Positions 36,853 to 46,662 of a stretch of 64,000 nucleotides of DNA are shown piece by piece; position 1 is the stretch's first letter, and every line of letters begins with the position of its first letter. Under the pieces are notes generated by a model. That model had not been told where the DNA came from. It searched no databases and was given only the letters and a program-made list of their open reading frames with translations. The stretch is from Candidatus Parcubacteria bacterium (GTDB taxonomy: Bacteria; Patescibacteriota; Microgenomatia; UBA12405): positions 21,206 through 85,205 of the forward strand of contig JAEWUV010000001.1 in the NCBI GenBank assembly GCA_023396915.1, in the 5' to 3' direction. The translations under genes were made by a program, and so were the position numbers.

Positions 36853-37338
36853 TTATTTTTTGTAGTATTCCTTTACTTGGAACAAGACATACCAACTTAA
36901 CCCGGTTCCGATAATTAATTTTCCTAAATCCATACTCAAAAGTGCCCCGACTGCATTAATTAAAGACATCCAAAACATTATTTTCCAAACTCTTTTTTCT
37001 CTTTTAAATAATCCCGGAATAATTATTACTGCCAAAATTGCTCCTACCAACAAAAATAATATTGAAAGTGAATAAGTCAGACCAAAATGCATCCCTCTCA
37101 TAAAGTAAAACGGAGTCAACATCGAGAAACCCAAAAGTGCTAAAACCATTGGAATAGTTACTATCAAACTTAAAATCACCAAATAAGGGGCAATTTTAAC
37201 TATTACTTCCCGTACTTTTTTAGGTAATTGCCAAACTTTTTTGGTAAAAAACTCATCTAATTTTTTCTCTAAATTATTAACCATCTCGACAAAACCAGTT
37301 GCTTTTTTATTTGTTTCTTTTTTTACTTCTTTTTTCAT
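36853..37338 (-). CDS. Hypothetical membrane protein (161 aa, about 4 TM).
   Basis: Hydrophobic helices. No motif. Confidence 0.45.
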   Translation of the reverse strand: MKKEVKKETNKKATGFVEMVNNLEKKLDEFFTKKVWQLPKKVREVIVKIAPYLVILSLIVTIPMVLALLGFSMLTPFYFMRGMHFGLTYSLSILFLLVGAILAVIIIPGLFKREKRVWKIMFWMSLINAVGALLSMDLGKLIIGTGLSWYVLFQVKEYYKK

Positions 37339-37393
37339 ATAACCGATTTTATCATTCTTTTCTTGTTTTTATAAAAATATTGGTTTATAGTAA

Positions 37394-38779
37394 ATGACTC
37401 TTACCCCTATGTTTACCAAAACCAAAGCTATTATCAAAAAACCCATCTTTAAATCGTTAATTAGTCTTTCTATTCCCATAATTTTAGCTAACCTTTTTCA
37501 GGTTATGTATCAGATGACCGATTCTTTTTGGCTAGGTCGTCTAGGCGGTGCTGCTTTGGCTTCAGTTTCAATTTGTTCCCCAATTATTTTTTTAACTGTA
37601 GCCTTGGGAATTGGCTTTGCTATCGCCGGATCAACTTTAGTGGCTCAATATTTCGGTGCCAAAAATTATCACATGGTTTCTCATTCAGCCGCTCAAACCC
37701 TTTTAATGATTACTGCTACCTCATTAGTTTTTAGTACTCTTGGTTTTATTTTTGCTCCTCAAATTCTTCATTTTATGGGAGCCAATAGTGAAATATTTCC
37801 CTCTGCCCTCGGATTTTTAAGAGTTTCATTCTTGGCCATTATCTTTAATTTTTCTTTTTTCATGTTTCAATCTATTATGCGGGGGATTGGTCGACCCCAG
37901 ATTCCAGTTTACATTGTTGTTGGTACCGTTTTGCTCAATTTTTTTCTTGACCCATTGTTTATTTTTGGTTGGAAATCAATTCCTGCTTTGGGAGTTTTAG
38001 GAGCCGTTATTGCCACTATTATTACCCAAGGAATTGCCGCCATAATTGGCTTAGCTATTCTTTTTGGTGGTAAATATGGAGTCGATTTAAAAATAAAACA
38101 TTTTATTCCTGATTTTAAATTCATTAAAAAATCGTTTTTTATTGGATTGCCAGCATCAATTGAACAATCCAGTCGTAATTTAGCCATGGCTTTCATGATT
38201 TCTTTGGTTGCTGGTTTTGGTACCACCGCCGTCGCTTCTTATGGTGCCGGATCAAACATTATCCAAGTAGCCATTTTCATTGGTATGGGTTTAGCAGTTG
38301 CTAATGGTACTTTAGTTGGTCAAAATATTGGCGCAAATCAAATCGACGAGGCAGTTAAAGTTTCCAAACTTAGTGCTGTAATCTCTTTTTTAGTTTTATC
38401 CCTCCTCGGTGTTGTTACTTTTATTTTTTCCAAAAACTTAGTTTCCTTTTTTATTCCAAACGACTCAAATGTTATTCAAAGTGGTTCAATTTTTATAAAA
38501 ATTGTTGCCCTAAGTTTTGGTTTTATTGGACTTCATATGTCTTTTGGAAATGTTTTTTCAGCCGCCGGTCTTACTCGAGTTCCTATGTTTTTAACCATTG
38601 CTTCCCAATGGCTTTTCCAAATTCCTTTGTCTTTTATTCTTTCTAAATATACTTCTCTTGGTCTTTATGGTGTTTGGCTCTCTATCCCTTTTACTAATAT
38701 CCTCGTTTCTTCGATTGCCTTTATTTTATACGCCCGTGGTTCTTGGAAAAAAGTTCGACTTATCGAAGATCATAAATAA
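37394..38779 (+). CDS. MATE-family efflux transporter.
   Basis: 12 TM helices. N-terminus PIILANLFQVMYQMTDSFWLGRLG is typical of MATE. Confidence 0.8.
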   Translation: MTLTPMFTKTKAIIKKPIFKSLISLSIPIILANLFQVMYQMTDSFWLGRLGGAALASVSICSPIIFLTVALGIGFAIAGSTLVAQYFGAKNYHMVSHSAAQTLLMITATSLVFSTLGFIFAPQILHFMGANSEIFPSALGFLRVSFLAIIFNFSFFMFQSIMRGIGRPQIPVYIVVGTVLLNFFLDPLFIFGWKSIPALGVLGAVIATIITQGIAAIIGLAILFGGKYGVDLKIKHFIPDFKFIKKSFFIGLPASIEQSSRNLAMAFMISLVAGFGTTAVASYGAGSNIIQVAIFIGMGLAVANGTLVGQNIGANQIDEAVKVSKLSAVISFLVLSLLGVVTFIFSKNLVSFFIPNDSNVIQSGSIFIKIVALSFGFIGLHMSFGNVFSAAGLTRVPMFLTIASQWLFQIPLSFILSKYTSLGLYGVWLSIPFTNILVSSIAFILYARGSWKKVRLIEDHK

Positions 38780-38820
38780 TTTTTCAGCTTCTTTTCAGTT
38801 TCCGGACTATAATAATACTT

Positions 38821-39489
38821 ATGAAAATACTTGTTATCGAAGACGAACATTTAATCGCCACTTCACTCAAAAAAGGTCTAGAGCAAGAGCACTATACTGT
38901 TGATGTCGCTTTTGATGGTATCGAAGGTTATGATTTGGCCTCAGCCGAAAATTATGATCTTATTCTTCTTGACCTCATGCTTCCGGGTATGGACGGACTT
39001 TCTATTTGTAAAAAATTACGAGAAGACAAAAATAATACCCCAATTTTAATGCTAACTGCCAAAAGCCAATTAGAAGATAAAGTTAATGGTCTAAATTGTG
39101 GTGCTGACGATTATCTAACCAAACCTTTTGCTTTCGAAGAATTATTAGCCAGAATTCGTGCCCTTAGTCGTCGTCCTCAACAAAGTACGGGTAAAGCACT
39201 AATCGTAGGCGACTTAACCCTTGATACTACTTCTTATCAAGTTAAACGAGCTAACAAAGAAATTCGTTTATCTAGCAAAGAATATTCCCTTCTCGAGTGT
39301 CTCATGCGTCATTCCGGCCAAATTTTAAACAAAGATCAACTTATTCAATATGTCTGGAGTTATGAATCTGACATCCTCCCCAACACTGTCGAAGTTTATA
39401 TTAGAAATCTCCGTCAAAAAATCGACAAAAATTTCAAGAAAAAGTTAATCCAAACCATTCGTGGTTTCGGTTACAAATTAAGTGAATAA
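38821..39489 (+). CDS. OmpR-family two-component response regulator.
   Basis: Receiver DLILLDLMLPGMDG and a winged-helix C-terminus. Confidence 0.9.
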   Translation: MKILVIEDEHLIATSLKKGLEQEHYTVDVAFDGIEGYDLASAENYDLILLDLMLPGMDGLSICKKLREDKNNTPILMLTAKSQLEDKVNGLNCGADDYLTKPFAFEELLARIRALSRRPQQSTGKALIVGDLTLDTTSYQVKRANKEIRLSSKEYSLLECLMRHSGQILNKDQLIQYVWSYESDILPNTVEVYIRNLRQKIDKNFKKKLIQTIRGFGYKLSE

Positions 39490-39523
39490 TATAAATACTA
39501 AAAAATTTTTTGAATTAATATTT

Positions 39524-39570
39524 CTCCCTTTCATCAAGGGGAGATATCAATTTATTGACAGAGGGGTTTT
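39524..39570. repeat. Composite GC-hairpin element, copy F (CTCCCtttcatcaaGGGGAGatATCAATttaTTGAcagaggggtttt), ending 3 nt before the kinase ATG.
   Basis: Hairpin1 + hairpin2 + AGAGGGG SD-like tail, then tttaa and ATG. Confidence 0.65.
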
Positions 39571-39572
39571 AA

Positions 39573-40589
39573 ATGTTTAAACAAGCCCGTCTTAAATTAA
39601 CTGCCTGGTACCTTTTAATCATCACTGTCATTAGTTTATTTTTTAGTTTTTTAATTTATAATCTTGCCGACAAAGAAATTAATCGTTTTGCCGCTTCTCA
39701 ACGAAATCGAATTGAGCGTCGTTTGGTTATCCTTAACCCGGAATTACCGCCCCAACCAGTTACTATCGTCGATCAAGATCTCATTAACGAAAGTCGAGAG
39801 CGCCTTAAATTAAGCCTTTTAATAATTAATGGAATCATTATATTTTTATCCGGCAGTCTTTCTTATTTTTTGGCAGGTCTTACTCTTAAACCAATCCAAG
39901 AAATGTCCGAAGACCAAAAGCGTTTTATTTCCGATGCTAGTCATGAATTAAAAACTCCGATTACCGCCTTAAAATCTCTTTTTGAAGTTACTCTTCGTGA
40001 TAAAAAACTAAGTCTAAAAGAAGCCCAAAATGCTCTTAAATTAGGTATTGACCAAAGTAATCGTCTTACCAATCTCTCCAATTCTCTTTTAGAGCTTAGC
40101 CGTCTTGAAATAAATCATATTGCCAGTCAATTTTCACTTCTTGATCTAAAGAAAATAATTTCTGAATCCATCTCTCAAATCAAACCACAAGCTGACAAAA
40201 AAAAGATAAAAATTATTTCTCGCCTTACCTCTTCAAAAGTCAAAGGAGATCAAAACAGACTTGTTGAACTTTTTACTATCTTTCTTGATAACGCCATCAA
40301 ATATAGTCCCCAAAAAACTACCATAAAAATCATTTCTGAAAACAAAAACAAACAAGTATCGATAAAAATTATTGATCACGGTATAGGTATTGACCAAAAA
40401 GATTTAAATAAAATTTTTGATCGTTTTTATCAAATAGACAATTCTCGAACTAAAGTAAATAATTCTGGTTATGGCCTAGGACTTGCCATTGCCAAAAAAA
40501 TTATCAGCTCACACCACGGTTCCATCAAAGTTTTTAGTAAACTCAACCAAGGAAGTAAATTTATTATTACCTTGCCTCTTTTCAGTTAG
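39573..40589 (+). CDS. Sensor histidine kinase.
   Basis: 2 TM helices, H-box FISDASHELKTPITAL, G-box GYGLGLAIAKKII. Confidence 0.9.
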   Translation: MFKQARLKLTAWYLLIITVISLFFSFLIYNLADKEINRFAASQRNRIERRLVILNPELPPQPVTIVDQDLINESRERLKLSLLIINGIIIFLSGSLSYFLAGLTLKPIQEMSEDQKRFISDASHELKTPITALKSLFEVTLRDKKLSLKEAQNALKLGIDQSNRLTNLSNSLLELSRLEINHIASQFSLLDLKKIISESISQIKPQADKKKIKIISRLTSSKVKGDQNRLVELFTIFLDNAIKYSPQKTTIKIISENKNKQVSIKIIDHGIGIDQKDLNKIFDRFYQIDNSRTKVNNSGYGLGLAIAKKIISSHHGSIKVFSKLNQGSKFIITLPLFS

Positions 40590-40619
40590 TCTTCAGTTTA
40601 GAATCCTAAACTCCCGATT

Positions 40620-42005
40620 ATGAAAGCTATCAAAACTTTTTTTGCCACTTTTTTGGCAAAATTTACCTCTTTACCAAAGTTTTTAAGAATTTTAATTATC
40701 ATTGTTTTGGCCGGCGGAATCGCTTTTTTTACCTACTCTAAAATTCATAATTCAGGTAAATCTCAAACCAGTTACAAAACTACTACTGTTGAAAAAGGCA
40801 CCTTAATTACCTCAATTTCTGCCACTGGTACCATCACTTCCAGCAACAAAACCGCCATTACTACCGGAGCTACCGGTACTATCAAAAAAGTTTATGTTAA
40901 AAATGGCGACACTGTCACCAAAGGTCAAAAAATTGCCGATATTACTCTAGATGATGATGGTATTTATAATCAAACCACTGCTTGGGCCAACTACACTTCC
41001 ATGCTTGAAAAACAGCAACAAGCCATTGCTGATCAGACCAGTGCTGATATTCAAATGTGGAATGATCGTCAAAGCCTTTTAGATGCCGAAAAAGAATATA
41101 ACAAGATGATTGCCGGCGCTTGGAACGATAAAACCAAAGCCGAATACACTTATAACGAAAAGGCCATTGTCACCAAGACTTTTGAATTAGCCAAAGAAAA
41201 ATTTACCACCGATGAAACTACTTTTAATAACTATAACGCCGTTATTGCCAAAGCCAAACAACAAACTAGTAATGCCTATAATAACTACAAAAAAGTTTCT
41301 TCGGTTATTTATGCCCCTGTATCTGGTGTTATTAGCAATTTAAGTCTCGCCGAAGGTGTCATTATCAGTAATTCTTCCACCTCTATTACTGTTTCTACTG
41401 GCACCAATAGCAGTGAAAATTCATCTTCTGTTACCTCTCATACTGTTGGTAGTATCACTAATCCAAAAGGTCAATATCAATCAACCTTAAGCCTGACCGA
41501 ATCGGAAATTGTCAAAATCAAATCTGGTCAAAAAGTTACTATGACTTTAGATGCCTTTTCGGATGCTACCTTTACTGGTGAAGTTTTATCAGTTGATGTC
41601 GCTGGGTCCACCAATTCCGGGGTTACTTCTTACTCGGTTGTGGTTTTACTTGACGATACCGACAAAGAAATTTATACCAATATGGCCGTAACTGCCACTA
41701 TTATTATTAACTCTCAATCAGACGTTTTATTAATTCCATCCACTGCCATTGATACTGACGCCAATGGAAATTCTACAGTCCAGTTAATCAAAGACGGAGT
41801 AACTTCTAGCGTTATTATTACTGTTGGCTCTACTAATGACAGTCAAACCGTAGTTACTCAAGGCCTAAGTGAAGGCGACACTATTATTGCTTCATCCGTT
41901 ACCAATCAGGCCAAATCCAACAATAATACTTCCTCTGACTTCAGTTCTAGCAACAACAGAAGTGGTGCTGGATTTATTATGGGTGGTGCTCCTTTGGGAA
42001 GATAA
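40620..42005 (+). CDS. HlyD/MacA-family periplasmic adaptor (membrane fusion protein).
   Basis: N-terminal TM helix, lipoyl-like KGQKIADI hairpin, beta-barrel C-terminus. Sits upstream of the MacB-type ABC pair. Confidence 0.7.
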   Translation: MKAIKTFFATFLAKFTSLPKFLRILIIIVLAGGIAFFTYSKIHNSGKSQTSYKTTTVEKGTLITSISATGTITSSNKTAITTGATGTIKKVYVKNGDTVTKGQKIADITLDDDGIYNQTTAWANYTSMLEKQQQAIADQTSADIQMWNDRQSLLDAEKEYNKMIAGAWNDKTKAEYTYNEKAIVTKTFELAKEKFTTDETTFNNYNAVIAKAKQQTSNAYNNYKKVSSVIYAPVSGVISNLSLAEGVIISNSSTSITVSTGTNSSENSSSVTSHTVGSITNPKGQYQSTLSLTESEIVKIKSGQKVTMTLDAFSDATFTGEVLSVDVAGSTNSGVTSYSVVVLLDDTDKEIYTNMAVTATIIINSQSDVLLIPSTAIDTDANGNSTVQLIKDGVTSSVIITVGSTNDSQTVVTQGLSEGDTIIASSVTNQAKSNNNTSSDFSSSNNRSGAGFIMGGAPLGR

Positions 42006-42007
42006 TT

Positions 42008-42748
42008 ATGTCCAAAACCAAGGCAATTATTGTTGTTAAAAATCTTTCCAAGATTTATCAAACCGACATGCTAAAAACGGTTGCTGTCGATAATGTTTCC
42101 TTCCAAATTAACCAAGGTGAATTTGTGGCCATTATGGGTCCATCCGGTTCTGGTAAATCAACCTTAATGCATATTTTAGGTGCTTTAGACAAACCCACCT
42201 CTGGTCAATATATTCTTGACGGCAAAGATGTTAGTCATCTTTCCGAAGATGACTTAGCTGACATCAGAAACCGTAAAATTGGTTTTATCTTTCAGGCATT
42301 TAATCTTTTACCTCGTACTTCAACTCTAAAAAATGTTATGTTGCCCATGTCTTATGCCGGCATTCCCAAAGAAGAACGTGAAGCCACTGCCACTAAATTT
42401 TTAAAAATGGTTGGGCTAGGGGATCGCCTCAATCACACCAGTAATCAAATTTCGGGCGGTCAACAACAACGGGTCGCTATTGCCCGATCTTTAGTTTTAA
42501 ATCCAGCCCTAATCTTAGCCGACGAACCCACCGGTAATATCGCCACTTCTCAGGCCGACGAAATTATGGAAATTTTTGAAAAGTTAAACGACGACGGCCA
42601 CACCATTGTCATGATTACTCACGAACCCGATATTGCCGAGCACGCCAAAAGAATTATTTTTATTCGAGACGGCAAAATTGTCAAAGACAGTATCAACCAC
42701 CAACGTCGTGGTTCCTCAATCAAAAAGGAGGTTGCCAAAAATGACTGA
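42008..42748 (+). CDS. ABC transporter ATP-binding protein (MacB/LolD-like).
   Basis: Walker A GPSGSGKST, signature LSGGQQQRVAIARSL, Walker B ILADEPTGN. Confidence 0.95.
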   Translation: MSKTKAIIVVKNLSKIYQTDMLKTVAVDNVSFQINQGEFVAIMGPSGSGKSTLMHILGALDKPTSGQYILDGKDVSHLSEDDLADIRNRKIGFIFQAFNLLPRTSTLKNVMLPMSYAGIPKEEREATATKFLKMVGLGDRLNHTSNQISGGQQQRVAIARSLVLNPALILADEPTGNIATSQADEIMEIFEKLNDDGHTIVMITHEPDIAEHAKRIIFIRDGKIVKDSINHQRRGSSIKKEVAKND

Positions 42749-43964
42749 ATTTTGGGAATTACTCAAAGAAAGTTTTTTAAGTCTTAAACTCAACAAAATG
42801 AGAACTGGCCTAGCTATGCTGGGCATTATTATTGGTATTGGATCAGTCATTGGTCTTATTTCTATTGGTGAATCATCAAAAAAATCCATCACTTCTCAAA
42901 TCGAGGCCTTGGGTTCTAATCTAATTACTGTTTCGCCTGGTTCTCAGCGTTCCGGTATGGTTCGAAGTTCTAGTACTGTCAAAACTCTCACTCTAGCCGA
43001 TGCTCAAGCCTTAGAAAAGGAAAATTTATCAGCCATTTCTTTAGTTTCTCCAGAATATTCAAATCGTTACCAAGTTGTTGCCGGTGACGCTAATACCAAT
43101 ACCACCATTTATGGGGTTACCTCCGCCTATACCACTGTTCATAATCTCAAGGTCAGCAGTGGTCGTTTTATTACTGACAGTGACAATAATTCCAATTCTC
43201 ATGTAGCTGTTATTGGGCCCGATACCGTTTCCGAACTTTATGGTGATGCCAATTACAATTGTCTAGGGCAAACCATTCGTATTAATGGTCAAAATTTTAC
43301 CATCATTGGTATTACTGTCGCCAAAGGAACCACTGGTATGAGCAGTACCGACAGTGCTATTTATATTCCGCTTTCAACGGGGCTAAAACAGCTTTTTGGA
43401 GTTAATTATTTAACTTCTTTATCCATCCAGTCTGCTAGTAGTGATGTTATTATTCAGGCCCAAAATCAAGTTGGTTATTTTCTTCTTGCTCGTCACCAAA
43501 TTAGTGATCCATCCAGTGCCGATTTTTATATTCGATCTTCTGCCGAAATGTTAGAAACTGTCAATAGTGTTACCGGCACTTTTACCTCTCTTTTATCCGG
43601 CGTTGCCGCTATATCACTAATTGTCGGCGGTATCGGTATTATGAATATTATGTTAGTGACCGTCACTGAACGTACCCGCGAAATTGGTCTTCGCAAAGCT
43701 CTTGGTGCCAAGAAAAAAACCATTATCACTCAATTTTTAACCGAGTCAGTTATCCTTACATTTGGCGGAGGCGTCATTGGGGTAGTCTTAGGAATTGCCC
43801 TATCTTATGGTTATTCTATTTACAATTCGTCCATTTTCACTATTTCTATCAACTCTGTTTTATTAGCCTTTTTTGTCTCTGTCGGTATTGGAATTCTTTT
43901 TGGTTGGTATCCTGCCAAAAAAGCTTCATCTCTTCAACCCATCGAAGCCCTAAGATACGAGTAA
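42741..43964 (+). CDS. ABC transporter permease (FtsX/MacB-type). The start at 42741 overlaps the previous stop (ATGACTGA); the longer track ORF start was rejected.
   Basis: MTEFWELLKESFLSLKLNKMRTGLAMLGIIIGIGSV N-terminus and four FtsX-type TM helices. Confidence 0.88.
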   Translation: MTEFWELLKESFLSLKLNKMRTGLAMLGIIIGIGSVIGLISIGESSKKSITSQIEALGSNLITVSPGSQRSGMVRSSSTVKTLTLADAQALEKENLSAISLVSPEYSNRYQVVAGDANTNTTIYGVTSAYTTVHNLKVSSGRFITDSDNNSNSHVAVIGPDTVSELYGDANYNCLGQTIRINGQNFTIIGITVAKGTTGMSSTDSAIYIPLSTGLKQLFGVNYLTSLSIQSASSDVIIQAQNQVGYFLLARHQISDPSSADFYIRSSAEMLETVNSVTGTFTSLLSGVAAISLIVGGIGIMNIMLVTVTERTREIGLRKALGAKKKTIITQFLTESVILTFGGGVIGVVLGIALSYGYSIYNSSIFTISINSVLLAFFVSVGIGILFGWYPAKKASSLQPIEALRYE

Positions 43965-44079
43965 TTTTTTTAGTTTAAATAGGTCGAATTTTGAAGCATA
44001 GCATCAAAATTTGCCTATTTACACAATCCCGCTACTGCGGGACAAAACACATTATTAATTAATTATTAATTAAAAAAAT

Positions 44080-44565
44080 ATGACAGAAAAAAATAAAAAA
44101 TATATTCTTCCCGTCTCTTTGTCCGTCGTCTTTTTAGTTGTTGGTTTTGGTCTAGGCATTCTTTATCAAAACAATCATATTAAATCTACTTTCACCTCTC
44201 GCATGGGTCAATTTCAAACCGGTGAAGGCTTAGGTAATCGCACCGGCACTGTTCGTAACAATACTGGCACCAGAGGTACTGGTATGGGTCTTCGGGATGG
44301 TTCTGGTAGTGGTGCCACTTTTGGTGAAGTTACCAAATTGGACGACTCTTCTTTAACCATCAAAACCGCCGATGGTAGTTCCAAAATTATTTTACTTTCC
44401 GATAGCACTGTTTTTAACCAATCTATTACCGCCGCCAAAACTGACTTAAAAGTTGGCGATCAAGTCCGAGTTGATGGTACTACTGACAGCAATACCGGCA
44501 GTGTTAATGGCGAAACTATTGAAATAAATCCCGCCAGAATCGGTCAAGATACCCCTCAACAATAA
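44080..44565 (+). CDS. Hypothetical membrane-anchored Gly/Thr-rich protein.
   Basis: N-terminal TM, then GNRTGTVRNNTGTRGTGMGLRDGSGSG. Confidence 0.45.
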   Translation: MTEKNKKYILPVSLSVVFLVVGFGLGILYQNNHIKSTFTSRMGQFQTGEGLGNRTGTVRNNTGTRGTGMGLRDGSGSGATFGEVTKLDDSSLTIKTADGSSKIILLSDSTVFNQSITAAKTDLKVGDQVRVDGTTDSNTGSVNGETIEINPARIGQDTPQQ

Positions 44566-44581
44566 TAAATTCTTAAAATAT

Positions 44582-44625
44582 TTCCCCTCCTTTCCTCAAA
44601 GGAGGGGAATAAGTGGTAGATTTTG
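44582..44625. repeat. GC-hairpin element copy G (CCCCTCCtttcctcaaaGGAGGGGaataagtggtagatttt). Likely a terminator for the upstream + gene.
   Basis: 7-bp GC stem with a U-rich loop, followed by a T-rich tract. Confidence 0.55.
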
Positions 44626-44675
44626 ATTTATTTTATTCTAAATCTGACTAACTGATTAACTGAAAAGCTGACAAT

Positions 44676-44969
44676 CTAATTTTTATTTTTCCCCGCCCAC
44701 AAATTCAACCCACCAATCACCATCGCCGGCATATAAATTACCCACGCTTCCAAACTCATCACCATAAAAGCTATTTCCAAAACCAGCCACAAAATCCCTC
44801 CCAAAACCTCTTTCTTCCACGAAATTATTGTCACTATTATCAATACAAAACTCGGTATCAAATGCATCATCAACGCCACCAACCATTGTTCTTCTCCAAC
44901 CACATCCACCACAAACAAACTAATAAACAAAATAAAAACTATCGATAATATCCTAGTTATTTTCTTCAT
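44676..44969 (-). CDS. Small membrane protein (97 aa, 3 TM). Last gene of the island operon.
   Basis: Hydrophobic helices. Overlaps the fic stop region. Confidence 0.4.
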   Translation of the reverse strand: MKKITRILSIVFILFISLFVVDVVGEEQWLVALMMHLIPSFVLIIVTIISWKKEVLGGILWLVLEIAFMVMSLEAWVIYMPAMVIGGLNLWAGKNKN

Positions 44970-45819
44970 AATAATAAGAATAATCTATTCCTTTCATAAA
45001 TATTTCCCGACTATTAATTTTATTAGTTAAAGCCTTTTTTAATAATTTTTTTATTTCACTATTATCTTTCGGGCTTTGTATCATCGCTTTTAGATAATCA
45101 TTTTTGCCTATTTTGCTCCAGTCAACGCATTTTTTTAGCTGTTTTTTAAAAATCAAATCCAACCAGATCCGGGTAGTTCTACCGTTACCTTCCATAAATG
45201 GATGAGCCAGATTCATCTCCACATATTTATCGGTAATTTGGTTAAAAGTATCTTGAGGCATTTGCTCAATCTGTTTTAGAGTATTGTCTAAAAATTGAGC
45301 CATGGCAAATTGAAACCCGCCTTTTGATATATTTTTTTGCCTGATTTGCCCGGCAAAATTATATAATCCACCAAACAAATAAGCATGGATCTGTTGCAAA
45401 CCTTTAATTGTACCGATTTCTATTTCATCTATTAAATTACTTTCAAACAAAGCATAAGCTTTTTTCTTGCTTTGCCCATCAATAGTATTGTCACTATAAG
45501 TAAACCAATCAAGAAACGACATAGATTTTTTACTCGGAATTGCTTTTACCACCTCAACAATGTCATCTTGTGAAAAACAATCAGTAGCGTATTTTTTCCC
45601 ATCTGATGCGACTAATTTCAGTTGCCTACATTTTGTAGTCAACTGATTTCCTTCTTTTTTTAATCGTGTTTTCAACACACTCCAATATTTTCGTGGATTC
45701 GCACTTTCCGTCAAAGCAGCCACGATATCAAGAACTGAAAACCACCACTTATTTTTCTCTTCATCCCAAACCGCCCGCACTTCTTTATCATCAAAAAACC
45801 GAATTGATATTTTATCCAT
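44953..45819 (-). CDS. Fic/DOC-family protein with an N-terminal BRO-N/DinD-like domain.
   Basis: Fic motif [12 protein letters not shown] (HPFx[DE]GNGR). N-terminus [34 protein letters not shown] resembles BRO-N/RhuM-N. Confidence 0.8.
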   Translation of the reverse strand: MDKISIRFFDDKEVRAVWDEEKNKWWFSVLDIVAALTESANPRKYWSVLKTRLKKEGNQLTTKCRQLKLVASDGKKYATDCFSQDDIVEVVKAIPSKKSMSFLDWFTYSDNTIDGQSKKKAYALFESNLIDEIEIGTIKGLQQIHAYLFGGLYNFAGQIRQKNISKGGFQFAMAQFLDNTLKQIEQMPQDTFNQITDKYVEMNLAHPFMEGNGRTTRIWLDLIFKKQLKKCVDWSKIGKNDYLKAMIQSPKDNSEIKKLLKKALTNKINSREIFMKGIDYSYYYEENN

Positions 45820-45845
45820 AATTATTCTTTAACCTATCTTAACAT

Positions 45846-46607
45846 TTATTTAATCTTTTCAACTGCCTTCACATAATTGCAGTAATCACAATCAGCACTA
45901 GATTCAGGAATTTCTTTGCTATTCAAACACTTATAAATATCCTTAATCGTTTGCTCAATCCAATCAGTCTTGCCAGTATAAGGTAGTAATTTAATATCAA
46001 ATTCCAATTTTCCATCAAAAGCCACTCTATCAGTTTTCCCGTTACAATAGACAAAATAGCCAGTATCCGACACCTCAAAACCATTTTTTCTAAATAGCCA
46101 CTGATACACTTCCATCTGTCTTTTGTATCCATCTTGCCATTCCGCATCCAAGTTTACTTCACTTTCTTTTGATGTCGATTTGTAATCTACAATTATCAAT
46201 TCATTTTTTGAATTAATCCAAACATCATCGACTGCTCCAGTAATTAACAAATTAGTTTCTGGATCCAAATAGGTAATTCCTTTAAAATTTTCTCGCCATT
46301 CATCCATTTTTGGATGTTCAAAAGGTACTGCATCCAATCCATAAGCTTTCATCAATGGGTGAGTTGTATGTTTATTTCTATGAATATCAAATTCTTTTTT
46401 AAGCAGCTTATCAACCGCTGAATTTAATGAAAAGGGGAATCCTGGTGGTTGGGCAATTCCAAGCACTCGATCCAAATAAAAACACCTTGGACATTTTATA
46501 AACAAATCAATCTTCGACCGACTTATCTTAAACGCTTGTCGGCCTGTGGCCGAGTTTTTTCCTTCATACAATCCCAGTTGTCTGTTTGGCTTATAGTATT
46601 GCGACAT
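45846..46607 (-). CDS. PD-(D/E)xK nuclease with a 4-Cys (Fe-S) cluster, Cas4/AddB-nuclease-like.
   Basis: N-terminal CPRCFYL, core IIVDYKS (D...(D/E)xK), C-terminal CDYCNY. This is the Cas4-type Cx(n)CxxC arrangement. Confidence 0.65.
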   Translation of the reverse strand: MSQYYKPNRQLGLYEGKNSATGRQAFKISRSKIDLFIKCPRCFYLDRVLGIAQPPGFPFSLNSAVDKLLKKEFDIHRNKHTTHPLMKAYGLDAVPFEHPKMDEWRENFKGITYLDPETNLLITGAVDDVWINSKNELIIVDYKSTSKESEVNLDAEWQDGYKRQMEVYQWLFRKNGFEVSDTGYFVYCNGKTDRVAFDGKLEFDIKLLPYTGKTDWIEQTIKDIYKCLNSKEIPESSADCDYCNYVKAVEKIK

Positions 46608-46662
46608 AAGCTATTTTACTCTAAGAACAAATCGTATCAAAAAATAGTTGTTAAAGATTACT

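Noticed and set aside
42633-42740. Longer start for the ABC permease overlapping the ATPase gene.
   Set aside because: The canonical ATGA-coupled start at 42741 gives the typical FtsX-type N-terminus. The extension lies inside the ATPase CDS.
44683-44886. 67-aa ORF (and 44214-44438, 43526-43729, 37909-38226, 28223-28483 etc.) on the strand opposite clear genes.
   Set aside because: They are embedded antisense within well-supported CDSs and have no motifs or initiation signals.
45846-46607. Cas4-like nuclease as evidence for a CRISPR-Cas locus.
   Set aside because: No cas1/cas2 or effector genes and no array in the window. The protein is better read as a stand-alone Cas4/AddB-type PD-(D/E)xK nuclease within a defense island.
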